From assembly GCA_965645245.1 (NCBI GenBank), contig OZ287071.1:434001-498000 (forward strand): a DNA stretch of 64,000 nt. The letters are read 5' to 3'. Position numbers and translations under genes: made by a program. The stretch comes from Massalongia carnosa (lineage: Eukaryota). Of the stretch, positions 11,954-24,740 are shown one piece after another (position 1 is the stretch's first letter; every line of letters starts with the position of its first letter). The notes under the pieces were generated by a model, which was not told where the DNA came from, did not search any database, and saw only the letters and a program-made list of their open reading frames with translations.

Positions 11954-13619
11954 ATGACAGAGAAGAGAAAACCATCTACAAGAAATCGTGGTGAACCACC
12001 GCTTAAGAAACGTCAATTATCCCCTACTCCTCCGAAACGTTCAGAGCCACTCGACAAGGGGCTACCAGTAAGGCTGAGAAATGATCAAGAACTTCCCGTA
12101 CTACCAACACAACAAGATAGATGCCTTCCAATCACGAATTATCAAAGCATCTCGGAAAGGTTAACCCTACATCTGAATGTCGGAACATCACGCTGATCAT
12201 ACCCCTCCGCATAGTGGCGTTTTAGCTTTATCTATAGAGCGGTCACGGCAGAAATGGCTTACGGACGGTCTATTTGAACGATATTGGGCCAAACCGTCGA
12301 AAAAAAGGACCCTTGTAGATGCTTCAAATCCATCAAAGGAGTCCATGACAAGACTAGGCAGCTGCTCTATGATTATTGAACCCCATGTCTTTGAAATTAC
12401 TCTTTATACAGTGAAAGAGAAAAATACCAACCACACGCCTCCAAATATACAGCTGGCTCCACAATCTCACCCTCCGCCTCCTGATATGCGATATAGCTCT
12501 TTTTCGCATGTTGCTATTTATCATTCAGCGCCTCAAGGCCTCTCGGGGCCAGGCCCTCAGAGCCATGACCAAGAGCGATTGAAATCATCACAACCAACGC
12601 TGCCGCCTTTCAAAGAGGGGTTCACCCAATTTGGACCACAAGCACCTCCATTGTATCATAACCAATTTGCGGCACTAAACAACAAATTACCAGCGCCTAC
12701 CCTTTCAGAAAATGGAGGCATAAACGGTTCGGTTTTGAATAGTACTCAGCCCCAAGAACCGAAGCCAAGCCCAGATCCTGTCATCCAGATGTTGGCTACC
12801 AGAGCAGCAGCTGATCACGATCTCAAAGCCTTAATGAAAGTTGTTGCCTCAGGTAATGCATCGCCGGAACAGCTCGAGACTTTTCAGAATCAAATTGATG
12901 AGCTTAATGATATTTTGAAATCGCGCAATCAGTCATCTCAAGCAGTCAAAGACGAAGGTCCAAATGGTCTTCAAAGTGATCAAGGCCCCTCAAGCCAGCT
13001 ATTAGTATCAACGTCAACACTTAGCAACGGTCAAATGCCTAAAGCTACAACAGCTTATGCCAGTCCAAAGCCAGCTACCACGTCTGTCAAGCAGGGACTT
13101 CCTCCTCAGTACTTCTCGCATTATACGCAACCTCCAAAATCGAAAACCATTACGCCATACAAGCCGGACATCAGTGCAGTGGTGTTTGATCTTAAAGGAA
13201 GTGGAGACCGCTTTTTGTTTCCCAGATTCAGTATTCTCGAGTTTCTCTCTGGGGGCACCCAAGTAATTGTATCGTTTCTAATTATTCGAAGTGGCAGTGC
13301 AGCAGCCTGTAAAGGCTGTCAAGGCTACAAGGAGACTGTTACTTACTACCAGCCAGTAACTATGCGCTTGTCTACTTCTCACCCTCGTACCTTGGAGCCC
13401 CTCTCACGTGTTGTTGCACCAGCGGACGAGGTTCGAAGATACATGAACAGCATAGTTGATAAGATGAGCCCAGCGGAGAACGCCTTCCTTGCTATTCAAT
13501 TACCACGCTCCCTGGAGAGCACCTCTGTTGAAAGGGGCAATCAACATGCGCCCCAAGAGTCAGCCGTCCTCAAAGCGGTATATTCTCCTCCAAGCGCAAT
13601 AACACCACTGAGAACCTGA
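11954..13619 (+). CDS. SWC3: Probable SWR1-complex protein 3, 2 exons
   Basis: YQSISE/SGVLALSIERSRQKWLTDGLFERYWAKP, DPVIQMLATRAAADHDLKALMKVVASG and GSGDRFLFP blocks recalled as typical of Pezizomycotina Swc3; intron at ~12160-12214. Confidence 0.75.
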
Positions 13620-14754
13620 AATGATACTTCTACATGTCTCAAGGTCCTTTGTGTTCATCGAAATTTCTCCATTAAGATCTTTCTTGGATCGCGCAGGTCA
13701 CAAAACCCGTGGCTTTCTCTAAGTCCAGCTAGATCAGAATCGGCCTGATTGTTTTTAGGGTAGATTTTCCAGGCGGATGCTATTCAAGTACGCTACAGTT
13801 CGATCTGTCAGTCTAGTTGTTCCAGAATGGATGTCCTGGAAGATTTATCGGTTTAAACGAAAGATCAGGGGTTGGAGCGTAGGGCTAATAAGACTCGTCT
13901 GCTATGGAAATTTGCAAGTGTAGTGTTGCTGTCCTTGGCCAACTCTCATAATCGGAACGACTTAGATCCCTCCAGCTTTCCGCCTGAGTTTGACTTCTAT
14001 GGACTCCGCGACAACAGAGTTATACATTTGGACTTAATAAGGAGATCATGAAATAATTGCTAGCTCTGTCAGATTTTTGGGCTTGGGAGAATACTCTCTT
14101 ATCTGTAAATGATTATAGTTTGTCAAAGCCATCGTCTTGTAATTGAAGAACCCTCCATATTACACAGTATAACCTGATACTCCAGATCGTTATCTGTCGG
14201 TTTAAGACGAGCTCCAATTTTCTAGCAAAATATGGAGATCTGATAAACTTCCCACAGTACAGGGTTATGGTTTTCTTTGCAAGACGTCTTTGGCTTCCTT
14301 AGCTCGTTGACGCAAATCCCGATGGTGCTCTTTGTATGATGGCAATGGGGTCAAACACCATGTGCCCCCTGATGTTTCTTATCAAACCAGTTCCAACTGA
14401 AGGGAGCCTTTTACTGAATCATAGAACCATAAATCGATCCATGGAATGACTTTTCATGCTCATCGTGATTGGCTCTGTTTACTATCATATATTATATAAT
14501 ACCGGCCTTCGCATATCAATATTTTTTACTATCAATATTTGTCTGCTCTCACAGGCTAGCCAGCAAGTGTGATTTGCAGTCATGTGCAATACTCATAGCT
14601 CATTTTTCAGCTACATAAAAGGAAGCATCTATCCTTCTCTTCCAGCTTGCATTTTCAAGCCTCTAAATAAAATTTCGAGATAGCCCAACCCTGCGTTGCT
14701 CATATCTCTTTTGTCACCTCCATTAACCGATTCAAGGCAAACCACGAACAAGCC

Positions 14755-15465
14755 ATGTTGAGCCTTCTCGTGGGCTTGTTGGTCTTTCCCACCCTCCAGG
14801 CTGTCCTTCTTCTCCTTCACCACCACTGGGTGAACGCACTGAAAATGGCCCGAGCCCAAAACGAGCAGGCTACCATGCCTACAAACCAACGGCGCCTGAC
14901 GATCTTGACTCTCATGGCCGCCCTGGTCATGGCGGTTGAGGCCATTGTGTACTTTTACGTCTTCTTCAAGCTGCTGGACATCCTCGCCGCTCTCACGATG
15001 GGCCCATCCGCCGAGTCTGTGGTCTGGTATTTTTGGTATGGCGTTGGTCTCATGCATGGTTTTTCTGGACTCATCGGCTTTTTCCTGTGTGTCATGTGGA
15101 TCGCCCAGATGAGCATCGTCCTGCAAAGCCCCTTGGATTACGCCTGGCCTGCGTCCCCCTCCACCTGCAAAGTCCCGGGAAACCTAGCATATATCGATCT
15201 CGAAGCCTCTAGCTATTCTACGCTAGACCCGATCGAGGAACTTAATGAGATGACCCCCTTGATCGGAGGAACACTCAGCAACCTGGATGTTACCTTGCCC
15301 GTCGAGCCCTTGGCTTCAGTAATGGATAGCAGCGGCCCAGAACGAAGGTTGGTGCATTCAAATTCATACCCCTCAAACTCCATTGCAAGTACTAAATGCT
15401 TCGACAAACAGTCAAACACCATCTCCACCTTGTCGCGGTATCCGGGTGGAAGACATGACATTTGA
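14755..15465 (+). CDS. Hypothetical membrane protein (about 3 hydrophobic helices)
   Basis: 236-aa ORF with hydrophobic segments and no recognised family. The 3' end is uncertain because an overlapping frame continues to 15685. Confidence 0.5.
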   Translation: MLSLLVGLLVFPTLQAVLLLLHHHWVNALKMARAQNEQATMPTNQRRLTILTLMAALVMAVEAIVYFYVFFKLLDILAALTMGPSAESVVWYFWYGVGLMHGFSGLIGFFLCVMWIAQMSIVLQSPLDYAWPASPSTCKVPGNLAYIDLEASSYSTLDPIEELNEMTPLIGGTLSNLDVTLPVEPLASVMDSSGPERRLVHSNSYPSNSIASTKCFDKQSNTISTLSRYPGGRHDI

Positions 15466-16981
15466 AGAGATGGCGAACTCCAAATCGCTCATCCTTCAAG
15501 CGTTTGCACGACGCCGTTATCGACCGCGATCGCCCCCATCGTCTTCCTGCGCGAGTCCGGGCATGGGCCGTTTGTACGTAGACTCGGAGTTCGAGGATGA
15601 GTTTACATCCTGTGAAGAGGATGATGACGTCGACACGGAAAGCAACCGTGAGTGCGCTATTGATGACGGGGAGAATTCATGCTAAGAGGCGCGAATGGAT
15701 GGATTTTCTTCAGTCTGCACGGGGAATCGCAAGCTTTTTGTTTCACCTCGAGGTTGGGATTTTGGCGGTTAGGGCTTTGGATTTTTGCGTAGATACCCTC
15801 CAAGCGATCTAGCCTTGCAGGCTGTTTATTGTGTCTTTTTTCCCCTGAACCAATACTCACAGCTAACCCCAATGCAGCATTCCAACAATCAAAAGGACAT
15901 TCTATCGTGGCTGTAAATTCTCCCAGCTTTAGAAGAAGCCTTAGACTACTTAGCTTAGACTTTCTTCCCACTCCCAAATCCCGACGCCCCCTTCCCCAAG
16001 ATTCTGTTCTCCAGCCGAACAGCCCTACGCCCAAAATCCCAACCCTGTGGTTAACAACTCTTTGAAGAACAACCCCCCTCAAAATCCTTATCTACGCTAT
16101 GCTTACCTGCTTAAGCACCCCAACGGACCTCTCCTCCGATCCATATAGAAGCGAGTCCTGATCTCGTAATGGCCGCTTCCTCATTCTCATTTTGGTTTTG
16201 CCAAGGATAACTACCTTAAGGTAGGGTTTTTGCGATGAGTGACCCCCTACCAGAGGTCCCACTCCCCTTGATAACGATTGCTTGGATGAAGTGAAGGACA
16301 CGGGTTTGACGCTACCACTGCAGTGTTGCTGTACCTATGCTAGGTATGTGTTCTGTATTTTAGGTCGGTAGATACCCTGCTACCAATGCACGGGGGTGAT
16401 GGATTGGGGGTTGAGCGGGAATGTGCACTACTCTAGACCGAGTAGAATGAAATATTCCGTACGATAAATCACCGTGGAAGCATCATCGTCCGATTTTATA
16501 AACTCCCTACGTTTTAGCATTGTTCAACGTCACTATCCCATCAGGTCATGCCCTCACCCCCCTAACTAGTAGCCTGCCTCCCTATTTGGGTATCTTCTGC
16601 TAGCGTCCATTACTCACGTCCGTCGATCAATCTGCAAATAAAACAAAGCCAAGCAGGCTCTGGCATCAAGTGGCTTTCGTCAACGAAGCCCACGGTTTGC
16701 ATTGAAGGAGCGGCGGAAAGGTTTGATGACCAGGGCGGAGGATACCAGCAGGACACCATGTATGTACAGAGACTTTTGCAACCAGCAAAGCCTTAACGGA
16801 AGGACTTGCCTGCCTAACATTAGTTATTCTGGTCAATTAAGCCTTATCTATGTACAAATTCCGCTTGAACCCCGCCATAACTAACTCACGCTTAACGATA
16901 CAACAGAAATAGAGCTGCCGATCCTTCACATATGTAAAGCTGAAAGACATTGTACAAACGTGAGATTTACTGTCGCTTCCA

Positions 16982-18101
16982 ATGGTGACCAGAGCTGCCA
17001 GCCATGCTGGATCTTGGTACTCGGACAACGGGCCAAGGCTCTCCAAGCAGCTTGATGGCTGGCTGGATCAGGTCGATGAACAAATCGAAGGGGTCGGCCC
17101 TATACCGCAGCCTGGCGCGAGGGTGATAATTGCGCCGTAGGTCTTTCATACCTATCGTTTTAATATCGACTCTAGCTCATTAGATGTTCCCTAGACATGC
17201 TGGCTATGCATATTCCGGTTCTGCTGCCGCATGGGCATATAAATCTCTCGACCTCTCTAAAGCGTATGTTCCATTCTCCCACCTCCATCTGCAATCTCTT
17301 CCGCCCTAACCAGTCGCTATGCCATACCGAAGGAAACGGATCTTCCTCCTAGGCCCTTCCCATCATTTTTACCTCTCAGGCTGCGCCTTGTCACAATGTA
17401 CGCAATATGCTACTCCACTCGGTCCCCTTTTCCTCGACACCACCCTGATCGCGACTCTGCACTCAACATCGAAGTTTGCAAAGATGTCCCGCGCGACCGA
17501 CGAGGATGAACATAGTCTCGAGATGCATCTTCCATATATTCACAAGCTCCTTTCGCGCTCCTTTGAGTCTCCGGATCATTTCCCATCGCTGATACCTATC
17601 CTCGTTGGCGCGACGAATGCCGCTGCTGAACGTGCTTATGGGGCTTTGCTTGCGTCGTATTTAGCTGATCCAACGAGCATATTCATCGTCAGCTCCGATT
17701 TTTGTCATTGGGGTAGCAGGTTTAGCTACACGTACTATTTATCTTCCTCGTGCTCCAAAATCGCCGATGGCTGTGCGCTCAAGCCTTCGAAAGTAAGAGA
17801 CCCTCCTCCAAATGATCCACCTATCTTTGAAAGCATCGCGCGGCTCGACCAATCAACTATGAAGGCCATTGAATCCGGGAGCCACGAGAAACTGGTGCAA
17901 AACCTAAGGGAGACGGGGAATACTGTCTGCGGACGGCATCCTATTGGAGTAATAATGGCGGCCATAGAGGCGCTGAAGGACGAGGGGAAGCTTGAAGCTA
18001 ACGCAGGAAAATGTCGATTTGTGAGATACGAGAGAAGTGGGGACGTGAGAAGTTTGAGCGACAGTAGCGTCAGTTATGCAAGTGCGTATGCTGTTCTATG
18101 A
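16982..18101 (+). CDS. MHO1: MEMO1-family protein (Mho1-like), 3 exons
   Basis: MVTRAASHAGSWY, IIAP/HAGYAYSG, LGPSHH, EHSLEMHLP, SSDFCHWG and NTVCGRHPI motifs. Confidence 0.93.
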
Positions 18102-18462
18102 AGTCGGAGAAGGGGTAAAGTCTACAGGAGTATCTAGATTATACTCTAGTAAAGGATAAGAAGGAGTGGCAGTACAAGGGCTGAAAGAATTGTCCATATA
18201 TTAGTATCCGGACATAGTACGGAGATAGCGAATTGAGATCTTAGCTTCCTGCATTAGACTTTAACTCCCCGTGCCCTAACTAGTTTATGCCTTCGCGTAC
18301 GCGTCAACGATTTAGGTAATCAAACCGTCATCACTTTTACTCCAGTGTCTTATGAGCGCCATGGTTTCAACTTGCCTCGCAGTCAATTCCTATATAGAGG
18401 ATCATTCAATTTCTTCGGTCTTTTATCCCATATCAATCTCTTCTCAAACGATATTCACCACC

Positions 18463-19198
18463 ATGGCTTTAAAACGCAAACGTTCTGAGTCCAATATCTC
18501 TCCATCTTCTACCTCTTCCAGCTTCAGCTCTTCCACTTCACGAGCCATATCAACGAGCCCAAGCCCTTTTTGTCGATTCCCCAGCCACGACATGTCTAAA
18601 AGCAATCACTATTCCTCCGTCAGCTCTTCGCGCTATTCCGATGATTCTTGCCCGCAACTCCATTCTCGAACGCGGAAACGTCATCGAAGTAAACCAGATG
18701 AATCTACTATCCATGGTACTGCAAATCATGTCTTTCGCTCATCTCATGCTAATATTCCTTGCAGAGAAGACCTACCAGATTTTGTTTGCCGCTGCCCGGT
18801 CTCCACCTCCACACAAGTCCTCCATTTCATCCCCGCCCGTTCGAAGTTCTGCACAAACCTCTGAACGCCAATCGTCCCTTCACGCCTTCTGGACTCTTCC
18901 AAACCCACCATTGTCCATTCCTCATAGTCCTCCACCAGAAATACATTCCATGTCTCTTCTCTCTTGCCAAGACTGCGACTCTGCCCTCCACCTTCCATTC
19001 GATACAGACACTTGCATGAGCGGCATGGATGATGCAAATGATTCGGAAGGGTTTGCATGCCGTGGGTGTGGGCGACTAGTTTGTGAAACCTGCGCCGTCG
19101 TGGAAGCGGGGATTGGACGGGAATGCTTAGGCTGTAAGACGCAGATTAGAAGATGTGGAAAAGAAACCTGGGTGGGAGGCATAGGGTGGATGCCTTAA
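18463..19198 (+). CDS. Conserved-looking fungal hypothetical protein with NLS-like N-terminus and C-terminal Cys-rich (zinc-binding) region, 2 exons
   Basis: MALKRKRS..., LHSRTRKRHR, intron ~18716-18763, then CQDC...CRGC...CETC...CLGC. Confidence 0.7.
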
Positions 19199-19877
19199 TG
19201 AGTTTAAAATCTATGGGTAAGTTAATGGTATGAAGACACGATCAAGGAGAGGTTATAAGGGGTTCTGCATTTATCCCTCTGTTGGGCTATTAAGTAGTTT
19301 TTTGCCTTTTGAAAGTTGAAAGATTGTTGGAAAAGATGTTTCAAATAGGTATCATATCCTTCGCATTCAATGATGGTTCGTGATTTCACAAACACATCCG
19401 CAAACGCCGATGGCAAGAGAGCTAAGGTGGACGGAAGTTTCGCCCCTGTTAATACAAACGAAGCGGATTGAGAAGGAGTCGCAAGGTCCTATTTGGTGGC
19501 TTCAATGGCCTTTTGTCGTTTTGTTACTTACTTCAAGGCGTGAACTAAACTGAAACTCTCGATTCAGAAATTTGAAGAGTTGAGCGAATTTGCGCCAGAA
19601 GTGCACGAATATGGGTTGTAATCAGAGGAGTGAGAAGCCATGTATGAGCTTTTGAAACCTTTTATCTCAGTCTCATTGGCCAATCAAAGTCTTACCGATG
19701 GAAGTTTTCCTTAAGCTATCCAACACCTATCCAACTCCACATGGTTGTGAGATTTTCTCATCTTTTCATGATATTACGAAAAGAGAATGTTGCTGGCATA
19801 CACAAAATCACTTTGTTTTGCTTCTCTGTTACCATTTCCTGAAGATGAGTAGAGCTTCGATGGTCAGACAGCCAAAG

Positions 19878-20649
19878 ATGAACCAGTCGTGTTTTCGATA
19901 TACTTCTTTTCTAGTCTTCGTTGTCGTTCTCATTGTTTATATTGCTTAGCCGAGCGTCGCCTCAGTATTCGTTATAGCCGCCGATTCTGTTTCCGTCAAT
20001 GTTAAATACGAATGCAATCCCACCCTCGGAAGTCCGGACATCGCCAGCTGTGAGAAAGCAATATTTCAATCATGGACTCCGAGCTAATCGTGATGGATCC
20101 TATCAACAAATCATTCAGTAGAGTCAAAGCGTACCGGTTTCGATCTTTTGGTCCTCGATCTATCCATCATTGCTATCAAAAAGAATGCTCACGAAGGCTA
20201 ATAGGAGGCTGTGCTATCGCGGTCGGTACTAATGGCCTTCATGCTACAACATGGAACGTTCTGCGCGGCGTCCTCGATTCTCTTGATGCGCGATGCGTCA
20301 GCAACCCGGCGCTGAAAGGCCACATGGGTGGTACGGCCATTAGCCAGCCATATGGGCCACATCGACTGCGAGACCTTTCCGGTGAATTTATAAACTTCTT
20401 ACCTCTCTCGTCTTTTTCATTTGCCCCGAAGGCAATGTCACTTTTTGCACGCCGCTTTTTTAAAAAAAATTGACCACTAAACGCTCCTACTCGACATCAG
20501 GTCGCGCACCTTTGCCCGTCTTCCCGCCGACATTTGAAATTGTTATTTACAAGGAAGTCGATCACAGCCGGTCCCCTTACGAGACATGCGCGTGGGGCGT
20601 CATATCGAGCCACAAGGGTGTCGTGAAAGGTTGTCTGATCGCCCCATAA
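19878..20649 (+). pseudogene. Disrupted gene for a Cys-containing secreted protein
   Basis: A signal-peptide-like start is followed by in-frame TAG (19947-19949), then YECNPTLGSPDIASCEKA, a frameshift near 20070, GGCAIAV..RCV..GG, a clean intron 20382-20500 and last exon ending ETCAWGV..GCLIAP*. Confidence 0.6.
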
Positions 20650-20892
20650 AGACCCCCATAAAGGGGTTTACAAGTATCCAACGGAGAGATCGGGGAAATT
20701 TATGATTAGATATTGCAGGAGTGTATTGAATTGTTGTATATCAAGGAATACCGTTTTCCTTAAAACGGTATTCCTGGAGTATACAGATTAGTAAAATATT
20801 TTTAGAAAGCTACGTTGGGTTTTCTCACCATTGTATCATCATTCCTGCTGAACGCTTCATTAAAGATGGATCAAAAAGCAAAATCAATTATG

Positions 20893-21013
20893 CAACTCGC
20901 GTGGGACTCGAACCCACAGCCTCCAGATTAGAAGTCTGGCGCTAGTTCATATCAGATTTAATTCCAAATCAAATATGAATTTCAACTTACCGCTACCATT
21001 GCGCCAGCGAGTC
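20893..21013 (-). tRNA. tRNA-Arg (anticodon UCU) with a 49-nt non-canonical intron at position 24/25
   Basis: Removing 20942-20990 gives a 72-nt cloverleaf GACTCGC TG GCGC AATGGTA GCGC G CCAGA CTTCTAA TCTGG AGGCT GTGGG TTCGAGT CCCAC GCGAGTT G with all four stems paired. A and B boxes are intact and T4/T5 runs lie downstream. Confidence 0.93.
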
Positions 21014-21333
21014 AGATTCTGAAATTTATATCCATTTCATCTTGTATATAATATAGTTTGTTTAACATCATTCAATGGTAAAAAGTGTTAGCGTCCGTGG
21101 CGCAGCGCCTAACTTCTTGGAGTTGAGACATGGGTTCATTGATTCCACATTTAACTCTTAGCTACAGTCGAAAACATTATTGACTAGCTTCAAATAACTA
21201 CAAACAACTTGGGTTCTCTATTTAGTATCCTTCCGTCGTTCATGTTGGCCTTTTTATATTTCCATACCTTACTAAAAGCTTCTCCTCTCATGTTTTAGGC
21301 CCCAGCCTCCTTCAGCTCTACTAACGGATTCTC

Positions 21334-24300
21334 ATGCGGCTATCTATGCGCCCAACGCAGCCTGCCCTTGTGGCACTCACCCTTTTGATCTTACCATGGG
21401 CTTCGAATGCCTATGGAAATAACTCGAGAAATTACCTGCTTCAACCTACAGTTTCAGTGTTCGATGACCGGCCGGCAGATTGCCTCCCATGCTTCAATTG
21501 CAATTTGGAAGCCTTTCAATGCGCCCAATTCTCCAGCTGCAACAAATACGATGGCAAGTGTTCTTGTCCCCCCGGCTTTGGGGGAGGGGACTGCTCCCAA
21601 CCAGTCTGTGGCTCGCTTGCGCGTGGTAGAGATCGAGGAATTCGACCGAATGAGGAGTGTGACTGTGATGAAGGCTGGGGAGGTATAAATTGTAATGTCT
21701 GCAAAACGGACGAGGCCTGCAATCCTTTGATGTCTGATAAGACAGGTGGTGTGTGTTACCAAGGTGGAGTCGTGGTGAAGGAGAATCATCAGATGTGTGA
21801 TGTAACCAATAGAAAGATCTTGGATCAACTTAAGGAGAGAAAGCCACAAATTACCTTCTCTTGCAACGGCGGAGAGGAGACGTGCAACTTTCAGTGTATG
21901 TTTCAGCACAAAATTGTCTTTTTTTTTAAAATACTAACTAGGTACAGTTTGGGTTGGGCAGGTTGAATCATTCTACTGCGCCTTAGATACCTGCTCTTTT
22001 AGTGCTAAAAATGAGTATGATAAGAACACTACTGACTACAAGTGTGAAAACATCAAGTGCTCTTGCATCCCTGGTCGAATGCTCTGTGGAGAGGAAGGAT
22101 CCATCGATATTGGCGAGTTTCTGACCGAATCAATCAAAGGGCCCGCATCGCTTTCGTCAGTGTCCACGGAGGGAGACAATAGCCAAGATGGCAGCAAGTT
22201 TGAAGAACCAGCTATGAACGACTTGATCAAAAACATCTTCGGCGATGAAAGTATTACCCTGAAATGTAACTCAGGAGAGTGTTTGTACTTGACGGACGTT
22301 CCAGGTTACGCAAGGCCTGTCAAATCGATTAACACACCACTGATCGCTGGCGTTATCGCTGGATGTGGTCTCTTTGTTGTCCTGGTGATATTGATGGTAT
22401 GGTTCCTTTCAAGGAGGTCTTTTAAGAAATACGGACCTATACATTTATCCGAAGACTCAGACGATGAGAACGCACAATTAATGCTCGAGCATAAGCCAGC
22501 TTCTTTACAGTTTGAGAATGTTTCCTACCACCTAAATGGCAAGCAGATTCTCTCAGGAATTCAAGGGATTTCTTTGCCAGGCCAGCTGATGGCCATTATG
22601 GGTGCCTCCGGTGCTGGAAAAACAACGTTTCTCGATATCTTAGCCAGAAAAAACAAACGAGGAGTAACTGAGGGAAACTTTTACGTTAATGGGGAGAAGG
22701 TGCTAGATGACGAGTATCGAAGTGTTATTGGTTTCGTAGATCAGGATGATACCATGCTCCCTACACTTACGGTGCACGAAACGATCTTGACCAGTGCTTT
22801 ACTGCGGCTACCTCGGGATATGAGTACATCAACGAAAGAACAAAGAGTGTATGAAGTCGAAAAGCAACTTGGGATCTATCACATCAAAGACCAGCTAATT
22901 GGGTCAGAAGAGGGCAGTGGCCGAGGAATCTCAGGAGGCGAGAAGCGGAGAGTTGGGATCGCTTGTGAATTGGTAACAAGCCCCAGCATCCTCTTCTTGG
23001 ACGAACCGACCAGCGGGCTAGATGCGTTCAACGCTTTCAATGTCGTAGAATGTCTTGTCAGCCTTGCCAAAGACTACAACCGAACTGTTATATTTACCAT
23101 ACACCAGCCTCGCTCTAATATTGTGGCGCTTTTTGATCACCTTATACTTTTAGCTAAGGGTAGAACGGTCTATTCTGGCCCATTCTCCAATTGCCAAGAA
23201 TATTTCGATCATATTGGCTATCCTTGTCCGTCGGGATTTAATATTGCGGATTACCTTGTGGATCTCACAATGCATGCAGAAACAGCACATACCCCGTTGG
23301 AAGAAACCGGTCCGACAACGTATGATAGAGGCACGGAAGGCATCCGAACTGTCAACAGCAGCGTGCGTGCCATCAAATCAATAGCGAGTGCCTCCAACAT
23401 GAGTTTGGAAAATAGCAGCTACGGAAGTCAGAATGAGTCAACCTGGAGACCAAAAACAAAACGAAGACAATCGCTTAAACAGCAACAAGATCGTAAATTG
23501 TATACTCGGAAGAAGAGCGGCGGAGGGGAGCTCTCTCTAACGCCATGGACCGATGATGAGAGTTCAGATCTAAATAACATAGCTGGAAGTACCCGGGACT
23601 GGCTTAGATTGTCGCGTCAACAGGGGTCGGTTCCCCCCCAGATTCTGGACGATCCGCACCAACTTCCTCCACCCAGCGCTGGCACTGGGACGGGGCTAGA
23701 TGAACTAGTCTCCAGTTACGCTTCGTCAGATGTGGCCAGCTCGATCCACGATGACATCATCTCTGCTTTAAACAGCGCTGCAAACGCAAATGGTTCTACA
23801 AATGGTCAATCCAATGGGGCCTTTGTTTCTGGAACGATGAAAAGCTATCGTCGGGTGGGCTTGTTTGGCCAATTTATGATCCTGTCACGGCGGACATGGC
23901 GAAATCTATACAGAAACCCCATGCTAATGCTTACTCACTACGCAATTGCTATCCTTCTTGCTGTCCTTTCTGGCTACTTGTTCTACGGTCTGACCGATGA
24001 CATCAAGGGATTCCAGAACCGCTTAGGTCTGTTCTTCTTCGTCCTTGCCCTTTTTGGTTTCAGCACCTTGACGTCTCTCACTGTTTTCTCTTCCGAAAGA
24101 CTACTGTTTATTAGAGAAAGGGCCAATGGCTATTACTCGCCAATTACCTACTTCGCGGCGAAAGTTGTTTTCGATATTATACCTCTACGCCTAATACCTC
24201 CTATCATCATGGGCGCTATTGTGTATCCAATGTCTGGCTTAGTGCCGGAATGGCCGTTATTCTTTAAATTTCTCCTAATATTGGTTCTATTCAACCTCGC

Positions 24301-24740
24301 AGCGTCAGCAATCTGTCTCTTCATTGGTATCGTATTTAAAGATGGAGGTGTCGCTAACCTGATTGGGAGCTTGGTGATGCTCTTCAGCTTGCTGTTTGCA
24401 GGCCTACTACTCAATCGCGATGCAATACCAGGCGCAGCAGCGTGGCTTCAGACAGTAAGCTATTGCAGTCTTTCTCTATTAACCTTTTTGCTGACGATTC
24501 CAGCTCTCTATCTTTCATTATGGCTTCGAGGGTCTGATCGTCAATGAGGTCAAATATCTTACGCTAATCGATCATAAATACGGGCTTGATATTGAAGTGC
24601 CAGGCGCTTCGATTCTCAGCGCCTTTGGTTTTGATGTTAGTGCTTTTTGGGCCGATGTCATTGGCCTTGCTATTTTCTCCAGCGCATTTATCATCATCGC
24701 ATATGGCGCAATGCATATGCTGCTAATAGAAAAGCGCTGA
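21334..24740 (+). CDS. ADP1: ABCG half-transporter with N-terminal EGF-like repeats (Adp1-like), 3 exons
   Basis: Signal peptide, Cys-rich EGF repeats, TM helix, Walker [30 protein letters not shown]-terminal ABC2 membrane domain ending LIEKR*. Confidence 0.93.

Noticed and set aside
16640..16780. Small hairpin GGCTTTCGT..ACGAAGCC as a possible ncRNA
   Set aside because: No box motifs or recognisable RNA family.
20940..20995. TAGCG direct repeat at both tRNA intron junctions read as a transposon TSD
   Set aside because: Excising one repeat plus the insert leaves a tRNA 2 nt short with a broken anticodon stem; only the 49-nt removal (GT-AG, or its 1-nt slide) restores the cloverleaf.
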